Shown here piece by piece: positions 37,850 to 49,797 of a DNA stretch of 64,000 bases. This DNA is from Spirogloea muscicola (taxonomy: Eukaryota): NCBI GenBank assembly GCA_009602725.1, contig WELB01000001.1, forward strand, positions 635,267-699,266, in the 5' to 3' direction. Each line of letters opens with the position of its first letter. The stretch's first letter is position 1. The notes beneath the pieces were generated by a model. That model did no database searches, was not told the DNA's origin, and saw nothing but the letters and a program-made list of their open reading frames with translations. A program made the position numbers and the translations under genes.

Positions 37850-40800
37850 CTGACCAAGCTGACCCTGCTGGCTGTGCTTTGCCTTTGTACTTGGTCCACT
37901 GAGGCCCTCCGTCACTCATCACACACGCCATTTCCTGCTTGGCCACGGGCTGCAGCAATTTGACCATGCTTCAAGGTTGGGATCACGATCAGTCGACCTG
38001 CGAGCGGCCGCGACGTGCCGCGGCACAGAGCGCGACAATGGCAGCGCCTTGCTGCTGGCCGGCGTGGTCTTCACATACAGGCTATAGGCGGAGCGACTCG
38101 ATTCTGACTACGCGCTATGCTGGAAGAGTCTTTTGGGTTTTGACGACGCTTTTCCGCCCTCCTATGGTTCTGGTCTGCGCTTGCTGACTGAAGGTTATTG
38201 AGCGCCCACTTTCAGAAGTCACGGAGAATAGTATCCCGTTTTTCGCACATTCCGCGGGCCGTATCAGACCTTGTAGACTCCTTTTGGCTGGCCTCTCACA
38301 GCCAATGCCTTACATTGGAGCTGTTCCTCTTTTCCGAACACAGTCATCGCCACTGGACTTTTGTTTCTTCTCTGAACACCTCTGTATGCACCCGGCTGGC
38401 CTTACAGCCGCTCTGTAGTATCAGCAGCCGCACTTCGTTTCTTGATTACTGAAAGACCATCCTCAGTGGTACTTGCATAGCTGTGTGTTCTAGCGCTTCC
38501 GGGCCCCTTCAGACTTGTCTATTCTTTTCGGGCCGGCCTCTCTCAGGCCCGGCCCCTTGGGACGAGCTTACTTCTTCCTTCGTCCATTCTTTTTGGGCTG
38601 GCCCTTCACAGCCCTTACATTCTTGGTCGCGGAGGCGTACAAGTGTTCAGCATCAACCCACATTGCTAGCCACGCAGTGGGGAGTGCAGAGCAGCGCATG
38701 CTGCAGCAACCACTATGACTACCCCCGCAGCGATTGACTCCTTCCGGCTGCAATTGACACCTTTGGCTGCCTGGATCCTCGCTGTCATATACCTACTGAA
38801 GAACATCGCCAGTCTAGGATACGCACGACTTGAGGATGTGCTTCAGCCGAGATGGCATGCCGGCAGCAAACATGCCGTTTTTCCTGTGTCAGCGTATGTC
38901 AGCCTATTTGCAGCAAGCTCAGGCTCATGCTTTGCACCAAAGAGCTGGTCAAGCCATAGCCGTGGCAGAAGCGCTTGGCATTTGCCATCCGGTATTCGGG
39001 CATCAGTTAGCAATCCCTACGCGCTGCCTCGTGGTTACTGAGCGGGTCAGTTTAGCAGCAGGTCGATGTGCTTGACTCTGTGCTTGGCCACTCAGGTCGT
39101 CATCTCTCCATACACGCTCCATTCATTTTTCTCTCTTGGAAGAGCTTGTTTCCTCCTTGCGGGCTGGCCTCTCACAGCCACCGCCTTGCCTCGAAATAGC
39201 TACCTTCTCGAGCTGGCCTCTTACCTGTGGATTCCCTTCGGACTGGCTTTCACTGGCCTCTTCACTGGCTTTCACTAGCGCTTTCTCTGGTTCCTTCGAA
39301 CTTTGTTCATTCTTTTAAGGAGCTCATTTTCTCACAGCCCTCGCCCCTACTAGAGAAGCTACTTCACTATCGATTTTCCTGCAGATGTTAGGAATGAAGA
39401 CCGAGCCGGCACCCTTGGTGTTGCTCCTTTCTCCCGCCCTCTGAACCTTGTCCATTCTTTTGTGGGCTGGCTCTTCACAGCCCTCGCCCCGCTTCATAAG
39501 TATGATTGCTCTGGGAATTCTGGGGGGTGCTTGGCTAAGGACGGGGCTCGAACTCGCCAAAGAGCAACACTTCGAGCAGAGGGCCGGAAATGTCGTATAT
39601 TTGAAACAAACAAAGGCCAAATGGCCAAGTACAAAGGCAAGCACATCTGAAGACCTACATAACCTACAGTAGATTGACCCGCTCGGTGACCACGGGTCAA
39701 AACATTAAGGTCGCTGAAGTGAGACTCTCAAGATTGCCGCTTGCGTTTGCGATTCTTCGCGGGGCTTTTCTCTCACAGCCATATCCCTTTTGACGTAGCC
39801 GTCCACGCGCTTTGAGCCGCCAGCCCGGAATAGAATATCTGGCGATTCGCCTGGCCCTACCAAGGCTCGGCTGAGCTCGAGATTCAGTAATTCGTGGTGG
39901 TGGACGACAATGGCCTGTAGAGCCAAGGCCTCCATTCTTTCCTTTATTGATAAGCATCGCAATACATGCTGATGTGTGCATGGTAGTGAAGCAAGAAGCC
40001 CAACTGTATTCCAACTGTATCCTTAGATTTGTAATTTATCCTCATATCACATCTTTGAACGGAAGCAGAGCTGCGACAGTCACTACCTGATTATCGAAGT
40101 CCAATGTCCATTGACGAGACTTTATGGATGCCTTTGCAATGAGCTCGTACAAACGAGCCACAGGCTCTGTAATGATGCACTTCAATGCAACGTTGATCCG
40201 GTGAGAGAGGAGACTTCACATATGCTAGCCTCCTCACCATGCAAGCGAACGGGAAAGTTGGTCCGCAATCTTAAGGGCGAGACTCAAAGTTGTGACGCGA
40301 CGGCGTGGAGCTGGCAAGGAAAGAATGTGCTCGCCCATAGAGAAGAGTGGCTGGCAAAGCCAGCCCAAAACGAATGGACAATATCCCAAGCCAAAGAAAG
40401 AGGAGTTGAAATAGAACTAAACAGGAAAACAGTAGTGGAGGGCGACCCTTGCAGAGGCTCCGGTTGGCGGGAGACACCATCGCTTGTAGGAGTCCAGAAT
40501 CAGCAAAATGCTGCGAATTGTGTGCACCTTGTCCGTGGAGGTTAACGGTCTGCCGGGGAGCACAACATGAGGCACAAGTCATGGCTAGGGAGAGAAGGTG
40601 CGCAGTGCACATAACGTGAAGGGAGGTTAAGCCGAGTCAATACACTGATTCATGCAGAAGGCCAAGGGATTGCTCACTGGGGGGCTACAATAGGGCTACA
40701 GTTGGAGACCAGCAGTGCAGGCCGATGGCCTTGCTGACTTTTCCGACTGGCGCTGATGACTATATCCCGAGCATTCAACCGCAGTGGTCTCCACGGCTTC

Positions 40801-43800
40801 TGGCTTCTTCGGACTTTATCACTCTTTTGTGGGCTGGCTTTTCACAGCCCTAGACCCCTTTGGAAGAGTGCTTCTAACTGTCCCAGGCTCAAGCAGTGCA
40901 CTCGCGGGCAGGCCGCGCTATGGCTGCTGCTTCTGAGTCTCGTCGGGATTCCCGTTTTTCCAGCTGCAACTTACTCCGACTTCCGGCTGCTGACTCGGTG
41001 TTACTAAGCTTCCATTAGCTGTATTCTCTTGCATAGCTGGGCGGTTTTGGCGCCGTTTGGCTCTTTGGACCTTGTTTAATCTTTCTGGGCTGGCCACTCA
41101 CAGGCCCCGCTCCCTTCGGAAGAGCTCACTTCTTTGGAAGAGCTGTTTCTCTGGAAGAGGAGCCGCTTCTTGCTTAGCCAACTAGAAGAAAGTGCTCGCC
41201 CATTGAGGATAGGGGCTGAAAAAGCCAGCCCAAAAAAGAAGGAACAAAGTACGAGAAGGAAGAAAATTTCGTGTATTTGAAACAAACATAGGCCAATGGC
41301 CAAGTACGAAGGCAAGCAAGCACATCTAAATATCTACATAACCTACAGCAGGTTGACCCGCTCAAAATCCACGGGTCAAAACATAAAGGTCGCTAACCGA
41401 TGCATGAATACTAGATGTTAGGTACGAAGCCCTTCTGTCACCAACTAGAGCTCGCCCAGCTTTCTGATGCAAGGCATTAGCCTGAGCTCGCTGCAAACAG
41501 GCCGAAACTCGACGTCGCAAGAACGACAAATATGCAGCTGGCAAGCCCATTTCAGCCGGAAACACATCTGCACGTCGTGTGTAGCCTAGATTGGCAATGA
41601 TTTGGAGGAGGGTGTGAAATCGAGGACCCAGACAGCCATAGATGTCGATTGCCGCTGGCAGGAGCTGGTCGCATCGAGGGTAGTCGGAGTAGTGCTGCAT
41701 CTTCCTTTGTTCTGCACTGCCCACTGCGTGACCAGCGATGTGTGTTGACGCTGGACCTTTATACGCCTCAGTGACAACCACGTCGACCAGGGCCCGTGGT
41801 CCTCCACCAGGTTGTACGCCCACAATGTCGAGTGTGCGGCGATGATGACGTCCCTGTGCGTCCGTGGTGATGGGCATGATGTTGTTGACTTCCACGACCG
41901 CACGGTAGCCGGCGTCGCGCATCAAGCCCGCGAGGGCATCGCGAAGGAGGTTGTGGATGCCCACCACTTCTGGTCCAGTGGAACATCTCAGCATGTGAGT
42001 GGCGAGCTCAGCACCCTCTGCACGGAAGCCACACTCGCACTGGCGCACCCCAATCAGGCAGTTGAGTGGGAGGCCGAGGAAGATTTGAAGTGACGTCCGA
42101 AAGGCCTCGGAGCTGATGCTGAAGGCGTTGGCGACGGCGTGAGAGGTGATCCAATCCGTGGCACCAGGTGTGGCTAGAGAAGTAAGTAAGAGAAGGGGGC
42201 CAGGTGAAGCGCTAAGAAAACAAGCACACAAAGAAACAAAGCAGCGACGAATCACTCAGTAATCCCTGCTAAGCAGCCGCAGATCAAAGATCCTGGAAGT
42301 GAGGCTCCTGGAAGTGAGTCCCCTGGCCAGAGCCAGAGGCAGCAGCGAGGGCTCTGCCGGCACAAAGGTGCAGCGCGCGGGCCATAGACCTCTGCAGCGA
42401 GACGGCCACGCTCATACGATACACTTGCGCCAGCGACCCGGCTGCAGGGAAGTCTACCAGCTCCTAGGGGCGAGGTTGAGGAAGGCAGGGAAGTACACAA
42501 ACAACAGCTCTTCCAATATAAGAGAAAGTGCGCGGAGCGCATTAAATGAAAGGGATGCAAATTCAAGACACCACATAATTCAGGCAAAATCTTGTGCAAA
42601 ATAAACAAGGCTACATGAAACGGATTCCTATGCTAAGGTATTTAAGTTGGAGAGCCGGAGCGCCGCCACGGAAGCCGGTGGCCTGACTTCGAGCGCGCCT
42701 GCACGCTGATGAATAGCCAGTGCTTGCGAGTGCTGCAAAGTAAGCGAATGCCAATGTAAGGCAGTGGCTATGAAAGGCCAGCCCAAAGGAATGTACAGTT
42801 GTTGCGAGGGCCGGTTTGAACATGTGGGAATGGTGGTGGCCACGTGGCGGCAGCTGACGTCCAGGGGCGGCCGCACTGGGAGGTTGGGCATAGCCGATAT
42901 GCGCGCGCGGCCTGGGTGGCTGTAGCCAGGTGCCCGCGCAATCATTAGCCCACTGATCCGGTGACAGTCGGCGCGGTCCGAGACAGAGTGACCCCATGAC
43001 TTGCTCAACTGCGATAGGCGGGGCTCTGGTGTAAACGGTGGAGATCCCCCAGCGGGTGCGAGCCGACGGCGTCGGGCAACGGCGGTGCGGTCATCAAATT
43101 GTAAATTGGATGATCACTTATATTGGACGTGGTAAGTGTTTCATCGATTTCTGGCCCCTTCGGACCTTATCACTTCTTTTCGGGCTTGCTTTTAACAGCC
43201 CTCGTGCCCTTTGGACGAGCTCACTTCTTCTGATTCATAAATGTGGGCTGGCTTTTCACTGCCCTCGCCCCCTTAGAAGGGAGAAAGACTCTTCCGGCTT
43301 GGCCTTCCTTTCATTGCATGCCCACCGAACGGCTTCTCATTTTGCTGCTTCTTCCCTTTCGTCCTGCCTGCTTCTTCCCTTTCTTCGTTCCTATGTGAGC
43401 TGGCTTTCACAGCCATCTTCTTCCTCTGTGGATTTAGGCTCTCTCTCGTGGATGAGCTTATTTCTTACTTCTTCTTCTTATCACCGAGCGAGCGCCACCG
43501 GATAGAGTGCCGGCGCCCGACCATCAAGTACAAAGGGGTGAAGGCGCGCGGAGCGCATGAAAGAAAAGGGAGGCCAATTCAAGCCAACACATTGTTCAGG
43601 CAGAATCTAGTGCAGGATAAACAAGGCTACATATATCGGAGCCCTATGCTAAGGTGCCTAAGGTAACAGGGTGACATTAGTGCCCACGGGTGAGCACATG
43701 CGAATCCGACAAGCTAAGTTGGGGAGCCGGAGCGCCGCCCACGGAAGCCGCTGGCCTGACTTAGAAGACATTGCGAAGAACCTGCGCTTATCAGGGCTCG

Positions 43801-44335
43801 CCCTGCACGCTGATGGAGAGCCAGAGCTTGCGACAAAGGCAGCGGAGGCACCCGGAGCACGCGCCCGTCACTTGGGCGGCGGTGGCCATGGAGTTTGTAG
43901 GGAAGTGGCACTCCCAATGCGGGCAAAGGGCTGGGAAAAGCCAGCCCGAAAAAGTATTGACCAAGGTTCGAAGGGGCCAAAAACGCTAAGCAGCTACGAG
44001 AAGAGTGAAGGCGCGCGGGGCGCATGACGTGCAGGCAGAGAAGGGCCTGTAGGGGGGATGGCCTGAGTGGCCACGTACAGAGGCAAGCACATAAGTTGGC
44101 GGTGACGGTGGTGGGTGGCGGACGGAGGTAAGAGAAAAGCTCCCGCAATACAAGGATCTGAGGCTACTCACTCGTACCTACTGAGTGATCCATCCTCCCC
44201 CTGTACTGACATAGCATCCGGCCCCTTTGTAGCTGCTATTCGCTTGTAGGCCCCTCGGAACCTTTGTCAATTCGTTATGGGCTGGCTTTTCGCAGCCCTT
44301 GCCCCCATTGGGAGTGCCACTTCTTTCGTTCTAAT
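37850..44335. mobile_element. Largest cluster of nested CRE-like retrotransposon 3' fragments, between divergent GrxS15 and GALT genes
   Basis: Family A at 38620-39108 (+, frameshifted), 39590-39725 (-) and 41260-42183 (-). Family B ends near 38255, 38500, 39440, 40790, 40960-41140, 42190-42480, 43150, 43900 and 44150-44330. Family C at 42520-42740 and 43535-43835 (-). Confidence 0.82.
41260..42183 (-). mobile_element. 5'-truncated CRE-clade non-LTR retrotransposon (family A) encoding a zinc knuckle and restriction-like endonuclease, with 3' UTR
   Basis: Open frame GATDWITS...FRTSLQIFLGLP, CECG-x-HMLRC (CCHC), IHNLLRDAL, RTLDIV...LVDVVVT...AEQRKMQHY (PD-D/ExK-like), PAAIDIYGCLG, RVSACLQRAQANAL, stop at 41362. 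Flanked by a 13-bp direct repeat (41247-41259 and 42184-42196). No RT domain retained. Confidence 0.88.
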
Positions 44336-44843
44336 ACAAGGCAACGGCTGCCGAAAGGATGGAACGTGCAAGGTCTGAGAAGGCCGGAAGGGCGCCAAGA
44401 GACGATGGGCTCGGTGCACAGGGAATGCCACTTCAGCCAAACGCGCTGGCCAGGCAAAAGCCGGTGCCTGGTGCAAACAGCGGGGCCACGGCGCCAAGCA
44501 GAGAGGCGTGGGGCCGGGGGCCCCGACGGCGCCGGGCGGCGGGCGGTGCGCCCATGCACCGAAATTTCGAAGCGGCCCCCCGCGGCCGCGGCGAGCCTTC
44601 ATGAGGGCCATCACCCTCCCGCGGCCGGCGCCATTCACTCCCCGCCCCCGCCCCCCGCCCCCGCGCCGCGCCAGCCGCGCCCGCCGCGNNNNNNNNNNNN
44701 NNNNNNNNNNNNNNNNNNNNNNNNNNNNNNNNNNNNNNNNNNNNNNNNNNNNNNNNNNNNNNNNNNNNNNNNNNNNNNNNNNNNNNNNNNNNNNNNNNNN
44801 NNNNAGCCGGCCCCGGGGGGGCGAGGAGCCTCGCTCAGCGGCG

Positions 44844-47800
44844 ATGCGGGGCTGGGGCGGCGGCGGCGGCGGCCGCCTGCCCAAGCGCGGCAGCTTCGGC
44901 CTCCTGCGGCTGGATCCGGGGTCCTCCAGGTTCCGCTGGCGGCTCTCGCAGCTCATCACGGCGACGATGTTCCTCGGCGCCATGGCCATGCTCCTCCGCA
45001 TCGGGCCCGGCGCCAGCCCGGAGGAGGACGAGAAGCTCGAGATCCACCCGGTGATGGGCGGCAGGGGCCGGCGGATGGTCGCCATGGATGCGCACAGCAA
45101 CGTCGACGTCATGCGGCATCTCCAAGAGGAACACAAGCTCGACTCTGAGGGGGCCAGCCTAGAGTCAGTGGAGACTGCCGATAAGAGCTGGCAGGCTGCG
45201 AGACTGGATGGAGTGTTGCAGCAGAAGCCTCAGGCCTCTCTGCCAGGGGGGGATGCGAAACCCCGCAAGGTGCTCGAGGCTGCGGCGCATCAGGTGCTGA
45301 AGAGCAGCGGTGCAGAGGTGGCAGAACTTCTAATTGGACAGGCATCACCAGAGCAGGTGTTGTTGGGGACGGCTGTCGAGGAGCCCGCGGAGGTGGTGGA
45401 GGACGCCCTGAGCCCCTTGCAGAGGGCAGCAAACGATGCCTGGGCCGCCGGCAAGAAGACCTGGAACGAGGTTCAGGCGGCTGACCTGAATGACGTGACG
45501 GAGCAGACCAGCAAGGTGGCGTTGCCCAAGTGCCTGCAGGCCATCACAAAGGTCAGTGTTGCGACGACCTTGTCCTCTTGGCAGGATTGGTGCAATGCCT
45601 CACAGGGCCAGTCCACATACAATACACGGCCCTCCTTGACAGGGGCTGACGTCGGTCCCTGTGGTTCTGCAGAGAGGGACAGAGATCAGGGAGAGCGGTT
45701 TTATGGTGGTCCTGCCTTGTGGCATGGCGGTGGGGTCCAGCATCACGATCGTGGGTAGGCCGCGGGCGCCGGAGCTCAGCGCGGCATCCTCCAGCTTCCA
45801 CGTCGAGCTGCAGGGGCTGCGTGTCGTGGATGGAGAGGACCCGCCTCGCATTCTTCATGTGAACCCCCGCCTGATGGGCGATTGGAGCGGCCGGCCAGTC
45901 ATCGAGCAGAACACATGCTACCGCAGCCAGTGGGGCATTGCGCAACGTTGTGAGGGCTGGCAGTCTCGCGACGAAGAAGAGAAAGGTAAGTATGCCTTCC
46001 CTCCGTGAAGAACTGCGCTGCGCTCCTTAGAGGAGCAGTTGGCAGGCACTAGTCAGGATGACCCGGCAATCTGCCAGGTCACGGTGCGAGGTTGATGGCT
46101 ACATTGAAAGCACTGACTGGATACTTAGCAAACATGTCCTAGTCTGCGCGCCCTGCACCTGTGCTCATGCGATCTTGGGTTGTCTGCAATATTGGCTGAC
46201 TGATGCTGCAGTCGAAGGGTACCGGCGGTGCGAGAAGTGGTCGCAGCAGGAGGACACCATGAAGGACAACGAGAAGACGTCCGGGTGGTTACAGCGGCTC
46301 ATATACCGCACCAACAAGGAAGCCCTGGAGTGGCCATTCCCGTTTGAGCATAAGAGAGTCTTCGTCATGACCCTGCGGGCTGGGTTTGAGGGCTTCCATG
46401 TCACGGTTGATGGCCACCACATCTCCTCCTTCCCATACCGCACGGTACATGCTTCTTGCTACCATACTAGGTGGAGGCTTCTCGGTAGTTGTGCTGCAAT
46501 GCGGCTTTCACATTGTAGCAGCTGTATTGCTTAGCAAGTCATGATGTTACTGTCTGGTCACCGTTTCGTATGCATGCTGATAAGAGGCCTTTGTGCTTAT
46601 CCTGGCCGTGTTATAACAATTGCTAAAGCAGTTCGCGTCTTCTTGGCCAGACTCAGCATTCTTACAGTTTGGACTGATATTGGACTGACAATCACCAGGG
46701 GTTCATTGTCGAGGAGGCCACAGGCGTTCACTTTGGTGGTGACCTCGACATCCAGTCATTTGTGGCCACGACCCTGCCGCTTGCCCCGCCAGCGAGGCAT
46801 GCGGTTCTTGAGCAATCGGATAAGCTCAAGTCGCCACCTCTGAGGGATGGCCCTGTCGAGATGTTTATTGGCATCCTCTCTTCAAGCAACCACTTTGTAG
46901 AGCGAGCTGCCGTGCGCAAGACGTGGATGCAGCACCCGCTCATCCGCAATGGCGATGTTGTCGCCCGCTTCTTCCTTGCCATGGTAAGTCTGTGTCAGCA
47001 AGTCATTACTAATTTGAGGTGTGTAAAGGAGTAAAAGACTAAGCCTTGTGTACATATGCAGCCTTGTTGCATGGTTCTTTAGATATGAATATGCATACTT
47101 CTTTTGGGCTTGAAGAGTTGCATTGAGGACTGATGCTTGCTGTGCAAGACTTCCATCGATTGTCTGCTTGAGACGTGAATAGTGAGGCTTGATTTTGGCT
47201 GACTCAGATTTCAAGCACGCCACTTGCAGTTGCTCTAGGGGACCCTTTGAATCCTCTCATCTTACTTGGCGTATTGACTCTTTTGCATGTTTGCAGCATC
47301 CTAGCAAGCAAGTCAATCTGGAGGTACGGAAGGAGTCGGAGCTTTATGGAGACCTCGTCATTGTTCCCTTCATTGACAGATATGACTTGGTTGTCCTGAA
47401 GACAATTGAGATATGCAAATATGGGGTAAGATCCTGACTCCATCTGTAGCCAATCAGGAATCAATCAGAATGTAGGGACAGCCAGGAGAAATAGCAAAGT
47501 GGCAATTGCGCACCATGTCTCAGCTTTCATCAATAAGCAGTGTTTGTCCAATTCTTCTGCTGCTGAAAGAAGGCAAGACCATCTCTATTGCAGGTCAAGA
47601 ACGTGAGTGCCAAGTACGTCATGAAGGTGGATGATGACACATTTGTGAGGGTTGACACAGTGCTGGCTGAGGTCAAGGGCACATATCTAGAGGACGGTCT
47701 GTACATGGGCAACATCAATGAGTTTCACAAGCCACTACGTGAGGGCAAGTGGGCTGTCACAGAAGAGGTAGTCCTCTCTTGACATTCACCCATGGACAGT

Positions 47801-48584
47801 GTCTTATTGTGCGTCTCCACTTGTTTCTTCCCGTGTTCAATCGTGATGTATATGGGCCGAGGGTGGGGGCGCTGTGATTACGAAACAAGTCAATTGTACA
47901 GTGCTTATGATACACATGAACATGTCATCTTGGGTAAGCGGGGACAGCATACAGATGACCTTAGTCTGTTGAAAGGCGTGTGTAGCTACAACAAAAGTAG
48001 AGGGTAGACGTCTTGCAGCTGGAGAAGCTGACAGTGCTCCCACTCATTTGCAGGAGTGGCCAGAAGCAACATATCCTCCCTATGCGAACGGGCCTGGTTA
48101 CATCATCACACAGGACATTGCTCTGTTCATCGCAAGAATGAGCAGAGGAAACAACTTGAGAGTAAGTTTGGCAAACCTGGCTGGCTATTTGGCAGTTTCA
48201 GTTGCCTGGGCCGTCTGCCAGACCTGTTGGCGGCAAGTGAGCACGTGATAGCACTTGCTCGCGACCCTGCTTCAGCTGTTTGACGGGGCGCTGGTTCATA
48301 TCTGCATCTGGACGTGGTTGTATTTTAGCAGGCATTGCAGGCTGATGTGATTTGCCATTCTGGTCGTCTGCCAGATTTTCAAGATGGAGGATGTGAGCAT
48401 GGGGATGTGGGTTGGCCAGTTTGGACAGCATACCAATGAGACGCTGCACTACGTCCACAACTGGCGCTTCTGCCAGTTTGGGTGCATCGAGGATTACTTC
48501 ACAGCGCACTATCAGTCGCCGCGCCAGATGATCTGCATGTGGGGAAAGCTTGCGCACGGCGAGCCGCGCTGCTGCAACCAGTAG
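44844..48584 (+). CDS. GALT: Galectin-domain GT31 galactosyltransferase (hydroxyproline O-galactosyltransferase GALT2-6 type), multi-exon
   Basis: Type II TM near the N-terminus. Motifs [105 protein letters not shown] and [13 protein letters not shown]...CCN. Confidence 0.95.
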
Positions 48585-49444
48585 CGCACCAGCAGCCATG
48601 TGTGGCAGCCTCACATCAGTTCACACTCTGTATCTGCTAGGGCGTCTGCGGCTCTTCTTCAAGCAGCTGCCACGGCTGGATAGTCTTGTCTGGTGCAGGT
48701 GCTCGCCAGGCAGGCCGCCTGCCTGCCTGGAGCATGAGGTGCCATACTCTGTGCGAGCTTTGATGCGTGCTAGCCGGTCAGCTTGGCTCCTGGCCAGGCC
48801 GGTAGCATGGGCTCCCGGAGATTGTTCACCTGACGCGAGCCGATGCGCGGGGCGCAAGTTACCTAGGGCCACGTTGACATTCGCAGCAATTGTTCTCAGT
48901 GTCACTGGTGGATAACAAGTGTCCTTGGTTTTCTAACACCAGCTAGTAATGGTGAGTTAGGAGCTGGGTTAGAGGCTCCCTCGTTAATCTAATGTGTCGT
49001 GCTCGAGTTTCCTGGACTTAGGAGGGCAAGCCAGCTCGAGGTGGATGGGTGCGCTAGCGAGCAGAGGCGAGCATGAAGGTGCCTGCAGCAAAAGATTGTG
49101 GTCCAGGGGTAACTATTGTCGCCAAGCAGGTCAGCCAACCACATGTCATCAACGTTAGTGCACCTGCAGTCTGGAAGTTGCAAAGAGTCATACTTATCGG
49201 ATTTCGTGGACTGGCGGCCTTGTAGAGCACAAGGGATAAGTGGGGCAGAGTTCGTGAGAAGTGGACCAGAACGTCAATTCCAAGCCTGGATTTGACAGCT
49301 AAGCAACATTTTACCTTAGGGCATGGTGGTTGGGATAGGTCAGCCAAGACTTGAACAGAAGTGGTGCAATAGTACCAGCACATGGGCGCTCGTCAGAGTG
49401 GAAGCAAAGTCTTCCCGACACACAACATGACTCCAAGCCAGGGT

Positions 49445-49703
49445 TTTTCATGCCCACCGCGCGCCTTCTCTCAAGCCAGGGTGGGGGAGCGAAGGTGATT
49501 TGCGAGTATTGGAAAAATGGAAGGTCAAAGTGGCCAATACAACTCTTTCCACCATAAAGGCAGTGGCAATGAAAGTACAACTCAATCATATCTGAGGGAG
49601 AAAGAGAAGGCGCGCGGAGCGCATGTAATAAAAGGGAGGCCAATGCTGAAGGAAGGAGGAGGGGGGGTAATTTTCGTGTATTTGAAACAAACGAAGGCCA
49701 AAT
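49445..49703. mobile_element. Short CRE-like 3' tips (families C and A) just upstream of the GTE gene
   Basis: CATGCCCACCGCGCGCCTTCTCTC near 49450 (+), GAGAAGGCGCGCGGAGCGCATG near 49605 (-) and AATTTTCGTGTATTTGAAACAAACGAAGGCCAAATGG near 49670 (-) match the UTR ends seen elsewhere. Confidence 0.75.
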
Positions 49704-49797
49704 GGGGGGGGGGGTTTGGGCCTAGGGGTTGATCGAGTGGCAGGGTTTAAGAACCCGGCTTTGGCAGAGCGCAGGGAAGCCCGAGTCGGGGTTGGCC

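Noticed and set aside
39900..40750. ORFs of 105-144 aa within the large spacer
   Set aside because: No recognisable motifs, and a retro UTR fragment near 40340-40390 interrupts the region.
42184..42255. N-terminus MIRRCFVSLCACFLS of the 297-aa ORF as a signal peptide of a standalone nuclease gene
   Set aside because: It lies outside the TSD-defined insert and is chance read-through of the host family B UTR.
38255..44330. Recurrent GGGCTGG...CAGCC hairpins as a CRISPR array or Rho-independent terminators
   Set aside because: Spacing is irregular, strands are mixed, the context is eukaryotic, and several copies are directly linked to retroelement stop codons.
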